The notes: generated from the sequence alone by a model not told the origin. DNA of 64,000 nucleotides from Minisyncoccota bacterium (GCA_041651415.1 JBAZJH010000001.1:11374-75373), one strand, 5' to 3'; counted from the first letter of the stretch, positions 1-9,918 are shown. A program made the numbers and translations.

Positions 1-1456
1 GAGTAGCAGAAAAAAAACAAGAGTATTTCTAGATATAAGGTGGAGAATAAGCCCTTACGGCGAGATTCCGGAAAGGGTTTATATAAAAAAAGAAAAGGAG
101 ATAAATATCCCCCTGTTTAAGTTTTTACGAAAACTATTGCCGGTATTTTTGATTTTGGTTTTTATGTTCAGTTCGGTTTACGCGCCAACCAGCCAGACAA
201 TTTTCGCGGCGGAAAATGAAGAAGAGAGGGCTAAACTGGAGGCGGAGCTTCAGGAGCTTGAAAAACAGATAGCGGAATACGAAGCGACAGTGGAAGGATA
301 CCGGAGACAAGGAACGACTTTGAAGGATGAGATAAAAAGAATAGAAGCAAATATTGCCAAGCTGAATTTACAGGTGAAACAGACAACTTTGTCTTTAGAC
401 AGATTAAATTCCGATATTAAAAAAACGGCCAATAAAATAACGGAAACGGAAAGTTCCATAGATTTAAATAAAAAGAATTTGGCGGAGATATTGCAGAATA
501 TTCACGAAGCGGAAGGGACGGGACTGGTGGAGATTTTGCTTCGCAACCAGGATATGTCCAACTTTTTTGACGACGTGAACAGCGTGATGCTGGTGCAGGA
601 AGGATTAAAAAATTCTCTGCAAAAAATAGTCGGTTTACGGAATGACTTGATAGACCAGAAAGAAACATTGGCGCTTGAGAAAAACGACGTGGAGGCGCTG
701 AGAAAATATCAAGATTCGCAAAGACAGGCGGTGGTAGCCACAAAAGCGGAAAAAAACGAACTTTTGACGGTGACTAAAGGAAAAGAGTCGGAATATCAGG
801 AGCTTTTGAAAAAAACCAAACAAACGGCGGCGGAAATCAGAAGCAGAATCTTCCATTTGCTGGGCGGAGGAGAATTAACTTTTGAGGAAGCGTATAAACT
901 GGCAAAATTCGCGGAGGATGCAACGGGGATAAAAGCGGCTTTTATTTTGTCGGTTTTAGACCAAGAATCGGCGCTCGGAAAAAACGTGGGGAATTGCACA
1001 TATCAAACGGCAATGCATCCGACGAGAGATTTGCCCGCATTTTTAGAAATAACAAAAGAACTTGGAATAGACCCGAATTCGGTTAAAGTTTCCTGTCCGA
1101 TAGTTTCCGACGGAGCTTACGGAGGAGCGATGGGTCCGGCGCAGTTTATTCCTTCCACTTGGAATTTATATAAAGAGGGAATCGCAAAAATAACGGGAAA
1201 TAATCCTCCATCGCCATGGAGAAACGAAGACGCGTTCCTTGCAACAGCTTTGTATTTGAAAGAGGCCTATTATTCTTCTTCATGCAAAAACTACGCAACA
1301 CAAATTCCAAGCCAAGCGGACACTTTGTTGACAAGGTGTGCGGCGGCCAAATATTACGCGGGGGCAAGGTGGTATACCTACCGCTGGGTTTACGGAGAGC
1401 CAGTAGTACAAAGAGCGATTAGGTTCCAAGCGGATATAGATGTGCTTAACAGTTAA
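1..1456 (+). CDS. Coiled-coil + lytic murein transglycosylase (SLT/MltB-like); 5' end probably outside window
   Basis: Frame open from base 2; TM/signal segment, long coiled coil, then catalytic-like 'DQES' and 'GGAMGPAQFIPSTW' SLT motif. Confidence 0.8.
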   Translation, partial: SSRKKTRVFLDIRWRISPYGEIPERVYIKKEKEINIPLFKFLRKLLPVFLILVFMFSSVYAPTSQTIFAAENEEERAKLEAELQELEKQIAEYEATVEGYRRQGTTLKDEIKRIEANIAKLNLQVKQTTLSLDRLNSDIKKTANKITETESSIDLNKKNLAEILQNIHEAEGTGLVEILLRNQDMSNFFDDVNSVMLVQEGLKNSLQKIVGLRNDLIDQKETLALEKNDVEALRKYQDSQRQAVVATKAEKNELLTVTKGKESEYQELLKKTKQTAAEIRSRIFHLLGGGELTFEEAYKLAKFAEDATGIKAAFILSVLDQESALGKNVGNCTYQTAMHPTRDLPAFLEITKELGIDPNSVKVSCPIVSDGAYGGAMGPAQFIPSTWNLYKEGIAKITGNNPPSPWRNEDAFLATALYLKEAYYSSSCKNYATQIPSQADTLLTRCAAAKYYAGARWYTYRWVYGEPVVQRAIRFQADIDVLNS

Positions 1457-1497
1457 AATCAGTAAATAGTAAATAGAAATTATTAAATAGTAATTAG

Positions 1498-1875
1498 ATG
1501 AGTGGCAATATAAATAATTTTTACGATTTAAAAGTTTGGAAAGATGCTCATAAAATTATTTTAGAAATTTACAAAGAAACAAAAGATTTTCCTGATAGTG
1601 AAAAGTTTGGGTTAATTAGTCAAATGAGACGTTCAGCTTCTTCGATAACAGCAAATATAGCGGAAGGGTTTGGTAGATATCATTTTAAAGACAAAATAAA
1701 GTTTTATCAGCAAGCGAGAGGTTCGGCTGTGGAATTACAAGACCAAATATTTCTGTCTAAGGATTTGAATTTTATAGCAGAAAATAAAGCTAAAGAGTTA
1801 TTTGGTGATGTTTTAGTAGTTTTGAAAGAGATAAACGGGATAATAAAAAAAACAAAAGAAAGAATAAGTTTATAG
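1498..1875 (+). CDS. Four-helix bundle protein (23S rRNA IVP-like family)
   Basis: Motifs 'DLKVW', 'FP.sEkfGL.SQmRRSA.SI.ANIAEG'; preceded by degenerate 7-mer repeats agtaaat/agaaatt (1460-1495). Confidence 0.9.
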   Translation: MSGNINNFYDLKVWKDAHKIILEIYKETKDFPDSEKFGLISQMRRSASSITANIAEGFGRYHFKDKIKFYQQARGSAVELQDQIFLSKDLNFIAENKAKELFGDVLVVLKEINGIIKKTKERISL

Positions 1876-1907
1876 TTTGTAATCGGTGATAGGAATAAAA
1901 ATAGAAA

Positions 1908-2633
1908 CTATTTTTTGAAAGCATCCACTATTTTATCAAAGCCGTCGCCGCTTAAGATTTTTTCAATGTTGTGAAATTTTTTTCCGATACGGTGGTCGGT
2001 GATGCGATCTTCCGGAAAATTGTAAGTACGGATTTTTTCGGAGCGTTCCATGGAACCGATTTGTTCACGGCGAAGCTCGGAGATATTACCGACTTCCTGG
2101 CGAACTTTTTCCTCATAAAGTTTGGCGCGAAGAATTTCCAGAGCTTTTTCGCGGTTGGCGGATTGAGAGCGTTCGGCGCGGGAAGAAACAACAAGGCCGG
2201 TCGGCTTATGAAGAAGGCGAACAGCCGTTTCCACTTTATTGACGTTCTGCCCGCCCGGACCGCCGGCGCGAGAAAAAGTGACTTCCAAGTCACTTTCTTT
2301 GATATCTAAATCTTTTGCTTCCATAACCGGAAGAACGGCCACGGAGGCGGTGGAGGTGTGAACCCGGCCGGCTTTTTCGGTAGAAGGAACGCGCTGAACG
2401 CGGTGAACTCCGGATTCGTTTTTAAATTCATCATAAACGCCAAGGCCGTTTATTTCGGCGGAGATGGATTTGTATCCGCCGAGAGTGCCGGGGTTGGAAT
2501 CAAGAAAAATAAATTTCCATCCTTTTTTTTCGGAGTAGCGCTGATACATGCGAACGAGATCGCCGGCAAAAAGAGACGCTTCGTCTCCGCCAGCTCCTCC
2601 TCTTATTTCCAAGATTACTTTATTTGGGACCAT
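1908..2633 (-). CDS. prfA: Peptide chain release factor 1, N-terminally short form
   Basis: [26 protein letters not shown] (PxT) RF1 recognition motif, GGQ motif, [11 protein letters not shown]. Confidence 0.85.
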   Translation of the reverse strand: MVPNKVILEIRGGAGGDEASLFAGDLVRMYQRYSEKKGWKFIFLDSNPGTLGGYKSISAEINGLGVYDEFKNESGVHRVQRVPSTEKAGRVHTSTASVAVLPVMEAKDLDIKESDLEVTFSRAGGPGGQNVNKVETAVRLLHKPTGLVVSSRAERSQSANREKALEILRAKLYEEKVRQEVGNISELRREQIGSMERSEKIRTYNFPEDRITDHRIGKKFHNIEKILSGDGFDKIVDAFKK

Positions 2634-2732
2634 TATCTGTTAAATTACCAATTAAAAGAGATTAATAAAATAGATTTCCGTCTGCCGTCTGACAGTGGCG
2701 GAGGCGGGCAGAGAATGACAAAAAAAACGGGG

Positions 2733-3005
2733 TTATTTTTTGGAAGCGGTTTTTTTGGTTTTCTTTTCCGCTTTTTTAGCGCGCTTATTTTTAACCTCGG
2801 AGGCGGCTTTCAGTTTTCTTGTTCTGAATTTTTCCACGCGGCCGGCGGTGTCAACAATCTTTTCTTTGCCGGTATAAAAAGGGTGGCAGTTGGAGCAAAT
2901 TTCGACGGTTATTTCCGGACGAGAAGCTCCCATAGAAAACTTGGCGCCGCAAGCGCATTTTACTTTAGCGTTTGGAAAGTAGTTAGGATGAATATTTTTT
3001 TTCAT
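2733..3005 (-). CDS. rpmE: 50S ribosomal protein L31 (Zn-binding type)
   Basis: [34 protein letters not shown]. Confidence 0.97.
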   Translation of the reverse strand: MKKNIHPNYFPNAKVKCACGAKFSMGASRPEITVEICSNCHPFYTGKEKIVDTAGRVEKFRTRKLKAASEVKNKRAKKAEKKTKKTASKK

Positions 3006-3238
3006 ATTATTTTTTTAATTTTTGAATATAAGTTTAGGTTAATGTTGCTCCGATATAATCGGAGTCCTCAATTTCTTGATCAAATCGTAGATTTGAAAGA
3101 AATTGGGAGATAAATATCTTTTTTCATATGCGGTTCAGTATAAGATAAAAAATGTTTTTTGGCAATAGGAGGAGAGAGGGTAATAATTAATTACTTATTT
3201 AAGTGATTTGTTTCCGGTGTTTTTTTAAGCCTGTTTTA

Positions 3239-3362
3239 TATGAAGAATAACAGTTAAAAAAAACAGGGCTAATCACCATTCCGCCAAAGGCGGACAGGCA
3301 TTTTTTTAGCTGCTATTCTTCATAAATAATTTTTTGAGAGGTGAAAAGTTATGATAAAGTAA
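3239..3362. repeat. Dispersed hairpin element, copy 1 (GGGCTAATCACCA loop + purine tract)
   Basis: Inverted repeat tatgaagaataacagttaaaaaaa / tttttttagctgctattcttcata around cagggctaatcacca; followed by gagaggtgaaaagttATGATAAAGTAA. Confidence 0.85.
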
Positions 3363-3489
3363 CCCTTCGACTCGTCTCGCTCGCTCAGGAAATAAAATAA
3401 TAAGGCAATCTTTTAAATTATTGAACTTGCTTTAGGGGTAAATTTTCCTTTTTTAAAAAGGATTGCAAACCTCGATTAAGATAAAAAAA

Positions 3490-3547
3490 TTGACGGATTG
3501 GTTTTTGTTTGATAAAAATAGAAAAGAACTTTTAGAGGAGGAAAAAA
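3490..3547 (+). promoter_or_regulatory. sigma70-like promoter, boxA-like motif and SD for orphan ORF
   Basis: ttgacg-N17-taaaaa, gaacttttag, GAGGAGG 6 nt before ATG. Confidence 0.55.
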
Positions 3548-3856
3548 ATGAGAATTTGGGTAACAGAACATGCGATAGAGAGATACGAGAAATGGCATAA
3601 TTTTTCTTTTGGGTTTTTTCCGAAGAACCCTAAAAAGGAAATTTTTGACTTGTTTAATGTAGCAAAACCGGTGAGGACAAAAAAAGTTTTTCCGCCAACG
3701 AGAAAAATTCCGGAAGGAGAAGAATGTAATCCGGTGAAAGTTTATAAAAGCGGAGAGTGGACTTTTTTTGTCACTTGGTCGGAAAAGAAAAAAAGAATGG
3801 TGATAATGACTATCGTTAAAGGGAAGATTTTTGGAAGAAAAAAAAGAAAGAGGTGA
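3548..3856 (+). CDS. Small basic orphan protein, possible RelE/BECR-like RNase fold
   Basis: N-terminal 'VTEHAIERY' and C-terminal beta-strands 'WTFFV..MVIMTI'; own SD and terminator (3903-3926). Confidence 0.6.
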   Translation: MRIWVTEHAIERYEKWHNFSFGFFPKNPKKEIFDLFNVAKPVRTKKVFPPTRKIPEGEECNPVKVYKSGEWTFFVTWSEKKKRMVIMTIVKGKIFGRKKRKR

Positions 3857-3963
3857 AAACAGTTTTTAGTATTAGTTATCCGGTTTTAAAATGGAATTTA
3901 TTGCGGGGCAAAAGCTCCGCTTTTTTATATAAAAACTTAAATGTTTTATTAAACCCAGCGGGG

Positions 3964-4015
3964 TTGACATAGGCAGGAGCTTTCTTATATAATTCCCTTT
4001 ACGAACTTTGATAAC
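3964..4015 (+). promoter_or_regulatory. rRNA promoter with boxA-like motif
   Basis: TTGACA-N18-TATAAT followed by gaactttgataac; leader agagtttttttgttgttccaggt pairs with trailer acttggaacaacaaaaaagctct (~6087-6110), forming the processing stem. Confidence 0.8.
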
Positions 4016-5175
4016 TTAATAATACCAAAGAACTCTTAAGAAGACAGAGAGTTCTTTTAATCAAACCATATATTTAAAGAGAGTTTTTTTGTTGTTCCAG
4101 GTAAATTTTATATTAGGAAATAAATTAGGAATTTTGTTCTTAATTTGTTTCTTATTCTGAGGATTTGATCCTGGTCCAGGATGAACGCTGGCGGCGTGGA
4201 TAAGGCATGCAAGTCGAACGATTCTTTTTACTGATTTAATAGCAATATTAAAAAAGTTTTTAGAATAGTGGCGAACGAGTTAGTAACACCTTGGTTACAT
4301 ACCTTGAAGACAGGAATAATTCCGAGAAATCGGAACTAATACCTGATAATCTCCTTTCGCAAGATTGGAGTAAAGGAGCAATCCGCTTCAAGATTGGCCT
4401 AGGCCCGATCAGCTTGTTGGTGAGGTAAAAGCTCACCAAGGCTATGACCGGTAGGGGGGGTGAGAGCCCGAACCCCAACGACGGCACTGAGACACGGGCC
4501 GTACTCCTACGGGAGGCAGCAGTCGAGAATATTCCACAATGGGCGAAAGCCTGATGGAGCGACGCCGCGTGCAGGAAGAAGGCCTTCGGGTTGTAAACTG
4601 CGGTAGCTAGGGAGAAACTTCGGTGATAGTACCTAGCGGAAAGAGGTTGGTAACTACGTGCCAGCACCCGCGGTAATACGTAGACCTCGAGCGTTATCCG
4701 GATTTATTGGGCGTAAAGTGTGGGTAGGGGGCTTGGTAAGTCAGAAGTAAAATCAGGGGGCTTAACCTTCTGGCCGCTTTTGATACTGCTAGGCTTTGAG
4801 GACGTTAGGGGCTTGCAGAACGCACGGTGTAGGGGTAACATCCGTTGATATCGTGCGGAATACCAAAGGCGAAGGCAGCAAGCTGGGGCGTTCCTGACCC
4901 TGAGCCACGAAAGCGTGGGGAGCAAAAAGGATTAGATACCCTTGTAGTCCACGCCCTAAACGATGCCTGCTAGCTGTTTCGAGTATCGACCCTCGGAGTG
5001 GCGAAGCTAACGCGTTAAGCAGGCCGCCTGGGAAGTACGAGCGCAAGCTTAAAACTCAAAGGAATAGACGGGGACTCGCACAAGCGGTGGAGCATGAGGT
5101 TTAATTCGATGGTAAGCGAGGCACCTCACCAGGGTTTGAAATTCTAATGGAAAGCCGATGGAAACATTGGCCCTC

Positions 5176-5275
5176 CAGCCCCAGTTTCACTAAGAAGGCT
5201 AAAAAATCTTTTAGCTTTTATAGAGTGAAAAAATGCGCTTAATTTTATTTAGCGTAAATAGCGAAACTGGGGCTG
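5176..5275 (+). repeat. 16S insertion 1 (helix 33 loop)
   Basis: Ends CAGCCCCAGTTTCACTA ... TAGCGAAACTGGGGCTG. Confidence 0.9.
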
Positions 5276-5390
5276 GACTGTTAGAACGGGTGCTGCACGG
5301 TTGTCGTCAGCTCGTGCCTTGAGGTGTTCCCTTAAGTGGGGTAACGAGCGCAACCCCTGTCGTCTGTTATAAGTGTCAGACGAGACTGCC

Positions 5391-5494
5391 CAGCCCCAAT
5401 TTCACTAGAAAATATTAAAATTATTTTATTTTGATATTTTTTGAGAAGTTATCGCCAGAAATTTTCTTTGGCGTTGTTAGCGAAATTGGGGCTG
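5391..5494 (+). repeat. 16S insertion 2 (helix 40 loop)
   Basis: Between gagactgcc and ggaggaaggtgggga; same terminal inverted repeat. Confidence 0.9.
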
Positions 5495-5620
5495 GGAGGA
5501 AGGTGGGGATGACGTCAAATCAGCGTGGCCCTCTGATACCCTGGGCGACACTCATGCTACAATGGCCGTTATAAAGGGTTGCTAAGCCGCGAGGCGGAGC
5601 TAATCTCAAAAAAGCGGCCT

Positions 5621-5657
<37 letters not shown>

Positions 5658-5761
5658 CCGGAATCGCTAGTAATCGCGCATCAGCCATGGCGCGGTGAAT
5701 ACGTTCTCGAGTCCTGTACTCACTGCCCGTCACGTCAAGGGAGCCGGAAGCACCTGAAGAC

Positions 5762-5859
5762 CAGCCCCAATTTCACTATAAAAATATTAAATTTTCATTT
5801 AATTTTTTTAAAAAGTTAGCGTCGGAAATTTTTCGATGTTGTCAGCGAAATTGGGGCTG
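5762..5859 (+). repeat. 16S insertion 3 (tip of helix 44)
   Basis: Same terminal inverted repeat CAGCCCCAATTTCACT ... AGCGAAATTGGGGCTG. Confidence 0.9.
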
Positions 5860-6158
5860 GTTAAGGGTGAGTTCGGTGACATGGACGAAGTCGTAACAAG
5901 GCACGTGTAGCGGAAGCTGTGCGTGGAACAATTAAATAAAATAAAACTGATTTGGCTTTTGCCAAAAAAGATTTATTTAGGTCTTTGACTGATTTTAAAA
6001 AAATCAGAACAGGTTTTGGCCGCGCTCCGATAAAATCGGAGTTCCGATATAAGTTATGTCGGGAGAGCCTTCAAGTCGCGGCTATGACTTGGAACAACAA
6101 AAAAGCTCTTTTATAGAAAAAAATTGAGTTTCGGTTTTTAAAAAGGTATTATTAAAAC

Positions 6159-6872
6159 ATGGAAGAAAATCAGATCGGACAAAACGAGCAAGGAGGGGGA
6201 ATGCCGGAGGCGTTTGTTTCAAATGAAGAAGCAAAACAGCAAGTTTCCGTTCCGGGTTCAATTCCTCAAGCTGTCAATACAGATTCTATTCCTGTAACGC
6301 CTGCGCCGGCACCGGCGCCTCTTGTTTTAGAGGAAAAAGAAGGGCAGCAAGTTCCAGCTCCGGAGATTCTGGAACCGGCTGTTTTAGAGATTCCGGCGGT
6401 TCTCGAACCGGTTGTTTCAGAAACAACGCCAGTGGTTCAGAGTCCGGCTCAAGCTGTTGAAACGGCAAAAGAAGCGGAAGGGGTTGAGAAAAAAGTTTTG
6501 CTGGTGGAAGACGACGCTTTCCTGAATTCTTTAATGAAAACAAAACTGGAGAGAGCGGGAATTTCCGTTAATTTAGTCACGGACGGAGAAGAAGCGCTCA
6601 AGGTTTTGGAAACTTTCAGGCCCAATTTGATTCTGCTTGATTTAATACTGCCGAAAAAATCAGGGTTTGAAGTTTTAGAATCAATTCAAACCAATCCCAA
6701 ACTGAATAAAATGCCGGTAATAATTCTTTCAAATTTAGGACAGGAATCGGATGTGTCAAAAGGGAGGCAGCTTGGAGCGGTGGAATATTTTGTGAAAGCG
6801 AAGACTTCAATAGATGAATTAGTTTCTAAAGTGGCGGAGTTTTTACAGGGAAAAAACGAGAGTTTAAGTTAA
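6159..6872 (+). CDS. Response regulator receiver protein with Pro/Glu/Val-rich N-terminal extension
   Basis: VLLVEDD, ILLDLILPKKSG, ILSN, YFVK receiver motifs in the C-terminal ~125 aa. Confidence 0.9.
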   Translation: MEENQIGQNEQGGGMPEAFVSNEEAKQQVSVPGSIPQAVNTDSIPVTPAPAPAPLVLEEKEGQQVPAPEILEPAVLEIPAVLEPVVSETTPVVQSPAQAVETAKEAEGVEKKVLLVEDDAFLNSLMKTKLERAGISVNLVTDGEEALKVLETFRPNLILLDLILPKKSGFEVLESIQTNPKLNKMPVIILSNLGQESDVSKGRQLGAVEYFVKAKTSIDELVSKVAEFLQGKNESLS

Positions 6873-6890
6873 AATTTTAAGTTTAAAAAC

Positions 6891-7193
6891 ATGGAAGAAA
6901 ATATTTTAAAACAAATAAAGGCGGGAGCTAAAATAAGAGTTTACGACGCAACAGGCCGTTTTGAAGGCATAGTTTTGGCCAGAAAACACGGCAAGGAAGA
7001 CGGGGGAACTTTTACGGTGCGGGCGGAAGTGGCAGGAGTGGGAATGGAAAAAATATATCCGATAAATTCTCCGGCGATAAAAAAGATTGAAATAATGTCC
7101 AGTCCGAAAAAAGTGAGCCGTTCCAAGATTTATTATATCCGCGGATTATCCAAGAAAAAGATTCATCAGAAACTGGGCGTGGCGGTGAAATAG
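6891..7193 (+). CDS. rplS: 50S ribosomal protein L19
   Basis: FEGIVLA, TFTVR, GVGMEKIYPINSP, VSRSKIYYIR. Confidence 0.95.
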   Translation: MEENILKQIKAGAKIRVYDATGRFEGIVLARKHGKEDGGTFTVRAEVAGVGMEKIYPINSPAIKKIEIMSSPKKVSRSKIYYIRGLSKKKIHQKLGVAVK

Positions 7194-7363
7194 ATTTTGA
7201 CGCAAAAAAATCCCCCCGTCCGCCAGCTGGCGGACGGGGGGATTTTAAGTATTTACTCGTTGAATTGTCGGAGGTTTTTTGGTATTGTTTTTTTAGAACA
7301 TATAAACATAAAAGTCTAGATAAAGCTCTGACGTGAAAAATCGGAGTATAAAGGAGAAGAACA

Positions 7364-7534
7364 ATGGAGGAAAAAGAGAAAGTCCAAAATCAGAATGAGA
7401 GTGAAGAGATAAATAAGGAAATTCGTTATATGAGAATTCGATTTAATGCGGCTCGGCTGGCGAAAAGGATAAGAGAAGGACAGGCGAGAGCTATGAGAGA
7501 AATGGAGAGAAAAGGATATAGATACACAGGATGA
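7364..7534 (+). CDS. 56-aa orphan ORF (not in ORF track)
   Basis: ttgtcg..tattgt promoter, AAGGAG SD, MEEKEKVQNQNESEEINKEIRYMRIRFNAARLAKRIREGQARAMREMERKGYRYTG, terminator gccggagaaatccggctttt. Confidence 0.55.
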   Translation: MEEKEKVQNQNESEEINKEIRYMRIRFNAARLAKRIREGQARAMREMERKGYRYTG

Positions 7535-7661
7535 AATTTCAAATTTTGCCGGAGAAATCCGGCTTTTTGTTAGTTTGGCGGGCGTTATTAATTTGGGCTA
7601 TAATATAATAGAAAGTTTGCAAAATCTTTAAAATTATTTAGAATAAGTTGTCGGAATAAAA

Positions 7662-7748
7662 GCGCGGGTGGCGAAACTGGCAGACGCACTACCTTGAGGT
7701 GGTAGCGCCCGCAAGGGCTTGGAGGTTCAAATCCTCTCCCGCGCACCA
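7662..7748 (+). tRNA. tRNA-Leu(GAG)
   Basis: Cloverleaf with long variable arm, anticodon loop ttGAGgt, encoded CCA. Confidence 0.95.
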
Positions 7749-7875
7749 ATGAAACTCTATGGCCTTACGACCGTAGAATCTTAAAGTTTCACCTCGTAGA
7801 AAGTCGGGGTTTATTAAATCTTAGCCGTAGAAACCTTGCGCTAACGCGCAATGTTTTTACGGAGATTTAATAAAA
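7749..7875 (+). mobile_element. ~125-bp non-coding repeat, IS200/IS605-end-like (MITE/PATE candidate), copy 1
   Basis: Highly similar to 35130-35257; inverted partial copy at ~21505-21578. Confidence 0.55.
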
Positions 7876-7923
7876 AATAATAATTCACAGGGGAATTTTT
7901 TTGTCTGTGATATAATAAATTTA

Positions 7924-8949
7924 ATGAAACATATTTATTTTTTGGCATTTTTAGGCTTATTATCAATGTTTGGCGGGATAGCGGTTCATTATGGAGAAGA
8001 TTTAGGTTTGGCAAAAAAACAAGAAATTTCTTCCGGACTGCAGGCGAGCTTAGTTTCTATTTTTAAGGAAAATTTAGAAATAAAAGAGGAGGCGCCGGCA
8101 AGAATTTTATTTACCGGAGACATAATGCTTTCGCGGCTTGTGGAAAATCGAATTTATGTGTCAGGAGATTTTAAATATCCATTTTTGAAAATAGGCGAGT
8201 TTTTAAGCGGAGCGGATTTAACTGTTGGAAATTTGGAGGGGCCGATTTCTTCCAAGGGAGAAAATCAGGGAAGCAAGTATTCTTTTCGGGCTGACCCGAA
8301 AGTGGTGGAAGGGTTGAAATACGCAGGGTTTGATGTTTTATCTTTAGCCAACAATCATATTTTGGATTGGGGGAGAGAAGCGCTGGCAGATACGGTTTAT
8401 CTCTTGAATTTCAACGGAATAAGCACGACGGGGGCGGGAGAAAATGAAGAAGAAGCAAACCGAATAGTTATAAAAGAAGTAAAAGGGAACAAAATAGCAT
8501 TTTTATCTTTTACCGATTTATATCCGGAATCGTTTGAGGCAAAAGGAAAAAAAGGAGGAATCAGCAATTTTGACATAGAAAAGATAAAAAGCGAGATAAA
8601 AGATTTAAAAGAAACAAAAAAAGCGGATATTGCGGTGGTGTCTTTGCATTTTGGAGAGGAATACGAAACGAAAGTGTCGAAAGCAAAAAGGGAAATGGCA
8701 AGAGCGCTTATAGATAGCGGAGCGGATTTATTTATCGGACATCATCCGCATGTGGCGCAGGAGGTGGAGATTTATAACGGAAAGTTTATCGCTCACAGCT
8801 TGGGAAACTTTGTCTTTGACCAAGATTTTTCAGAAGAAACGATGAGAGGGCTCATTCTTGAAGTAGAAGTAAAAGGCGAAAAAATTATTTCAGTGAAAGA
8901 AGTTCCGATAAAAATAAACGAAGAGTTTCAGCCGGAGATAGTTATTTAG
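7924..8949 (+). CDS. CapA/PGA_cap family metallophosphoesterase
   Basis: GDIML, GNLEGP, LANNHILDWG, SLHFGEEY, GHHPHV, HSLGNFVFDQ. Confidence 0.93.
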   Translation: MKHIYFLAFLGLLSMFGGIAVHYGEDLGLAKKQEISSGLQASLVSIFKENLEIKEEAPARILFTGDIMLSRLVENRIYVSGDFKYPFLKIGEFLSGADLTVGNLEGPISSKGENQGSKYSFRADPKVVEGLKYAGFDVLSLANNHILDWGREALADTVYLLNFNGISTTGAGENEEEANRIVIKEVKGNKIAFLSFTDLYPESFEAKGKKGGISNFDIEKIKSEIKDLKETKKADIAVVSLHFGEEYETKVSKAKREMARALIDSGADLFIGHHPHVAQEVEIYNGKFIAHSLGNFVFDQDFSEETMRGLILEVEVKGEKIISVKEVPIKINEEFQPEIVI

Positions 8950-9042
8950 TTTAAGAAAAAGCAAAATAGATTTCTCCGACCTTGCGTCGGAGGAATGACG
9001 CAGTAAGAGAAATCAAAAATCCGCCCGAGGGCGGATTTTTGA

Positions 9043-9504
9043 TTATAAGACGACAACTTTAGTAAAATGCGCGCCGAAATCTTTAGCGGATTCTTTGTCA
9101 GAAAACCAGATGTCCAAACGGTCGTTAAAACGCTTGTTCATTCTGTCTTCCACAACGAAGACTTGTTCGCCGAAGAGTTCCGGAATTTTTACTTTAGAAC
9201 CGAGGGGAAGCCAGTTAGCCGCGACAACGCCGGGGCGAACATGATTTCCGGAAGCGGTAATAAAGGGAGTATCGTCTGTTTCTTCAGGAGAGCTGGAATA
9301 ACCAGTAACTTTTATGTAGACTTCTTCTTCATAAATTTTTCCGGAGTTCTTTATTTCCACAGGATTGTTGGAAATAAGTTCAGAAAGGTTTCCAGCGGTC
9401 TCATAATCCAATTGATTATTATTAGTTTTTAAAGGTTCGGAATTAGCGATTAATGTCGAATTAGCTGTGATAATGATACTTAGTAAGGCTAGGTAGCGTA
9501 TCAT
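9043..9504 (-). CDS. Secreted 3D-domain (MltA-like) protein
   Basis: VTGYSS..ETDDTPFITASG..VAAN..VEDRM..RLDIW; N-terminal signal. Confidence 0.9.
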   Translation of the reverse strand: MIRYLALLSIIITANSTLIANSEPLKTNNNQLDYETAGNLSELISNNPVEIKNSGKIYEEEVYIKVTGYSSSPEETDDTPFITASGNHVRPGVVAANWLPLGSKVKIPELFGEQVFVVEDRMNKRFNDRLDIWFSDKESAKDFGAHFTKVVVL

Positions 9505-9805
9505 AGGGAAGTTTCAAAACTCTTTATTAATTGACGACAATTAAGATGGTTTGAAACGTCGCCTGCCACTCTGGTTGAGGAGCTGACGGGGATGCTCGAA
9601 TTGGCTTATTTAAAGGACTTTTCCAATAAAAAACACCCTTTCGGGCATATATTCATTCTCACGAGAGAAGTATAGCATAGGCGAATTTATTTGTCAAGAC
9701 ACGAAAAGTGAGCTTGTCAAGTTGATAGATAAAGAAGAAAAGTGGTAAAATCTGCGAGCAGTTTGAAAAATCCCGAGCCAGAGAAATAAAAAAAGGAGAA
9801 AACTG

Positions 9806-9883
9806 ATGAAAAATCAGCAGACCTTACACAGGCAGTCGGTAGTTTTTGGGTTAAAGGTTCTGGAGGCGCTTCCGGATTTGTAA
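9806..9883 (+). other. Small structured transcript with SD-led 25-aa ORF
   Basis: ttgata..taaaat promoter, gcagtttgaaaa boxA-like motif, AAGGAG SD, MKNQQTLHRQSVVFGLKVLEALPDL. Confidence 0.35.
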
Positions 9884-9918
9884 AATGATTTTTAGAAAAA
9901 AAGATGTAAAATAAAGAA

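Noticed and set aside
2358-3113. 251-aa + strand ORF
   Set aside because: Antisense to prfA and rpmE, with no recognisable motifs
4260-5046. Minus-strand ORFs of 73-135 aa
   Set aside because: Antisense shadows of the 16S rRNA gene
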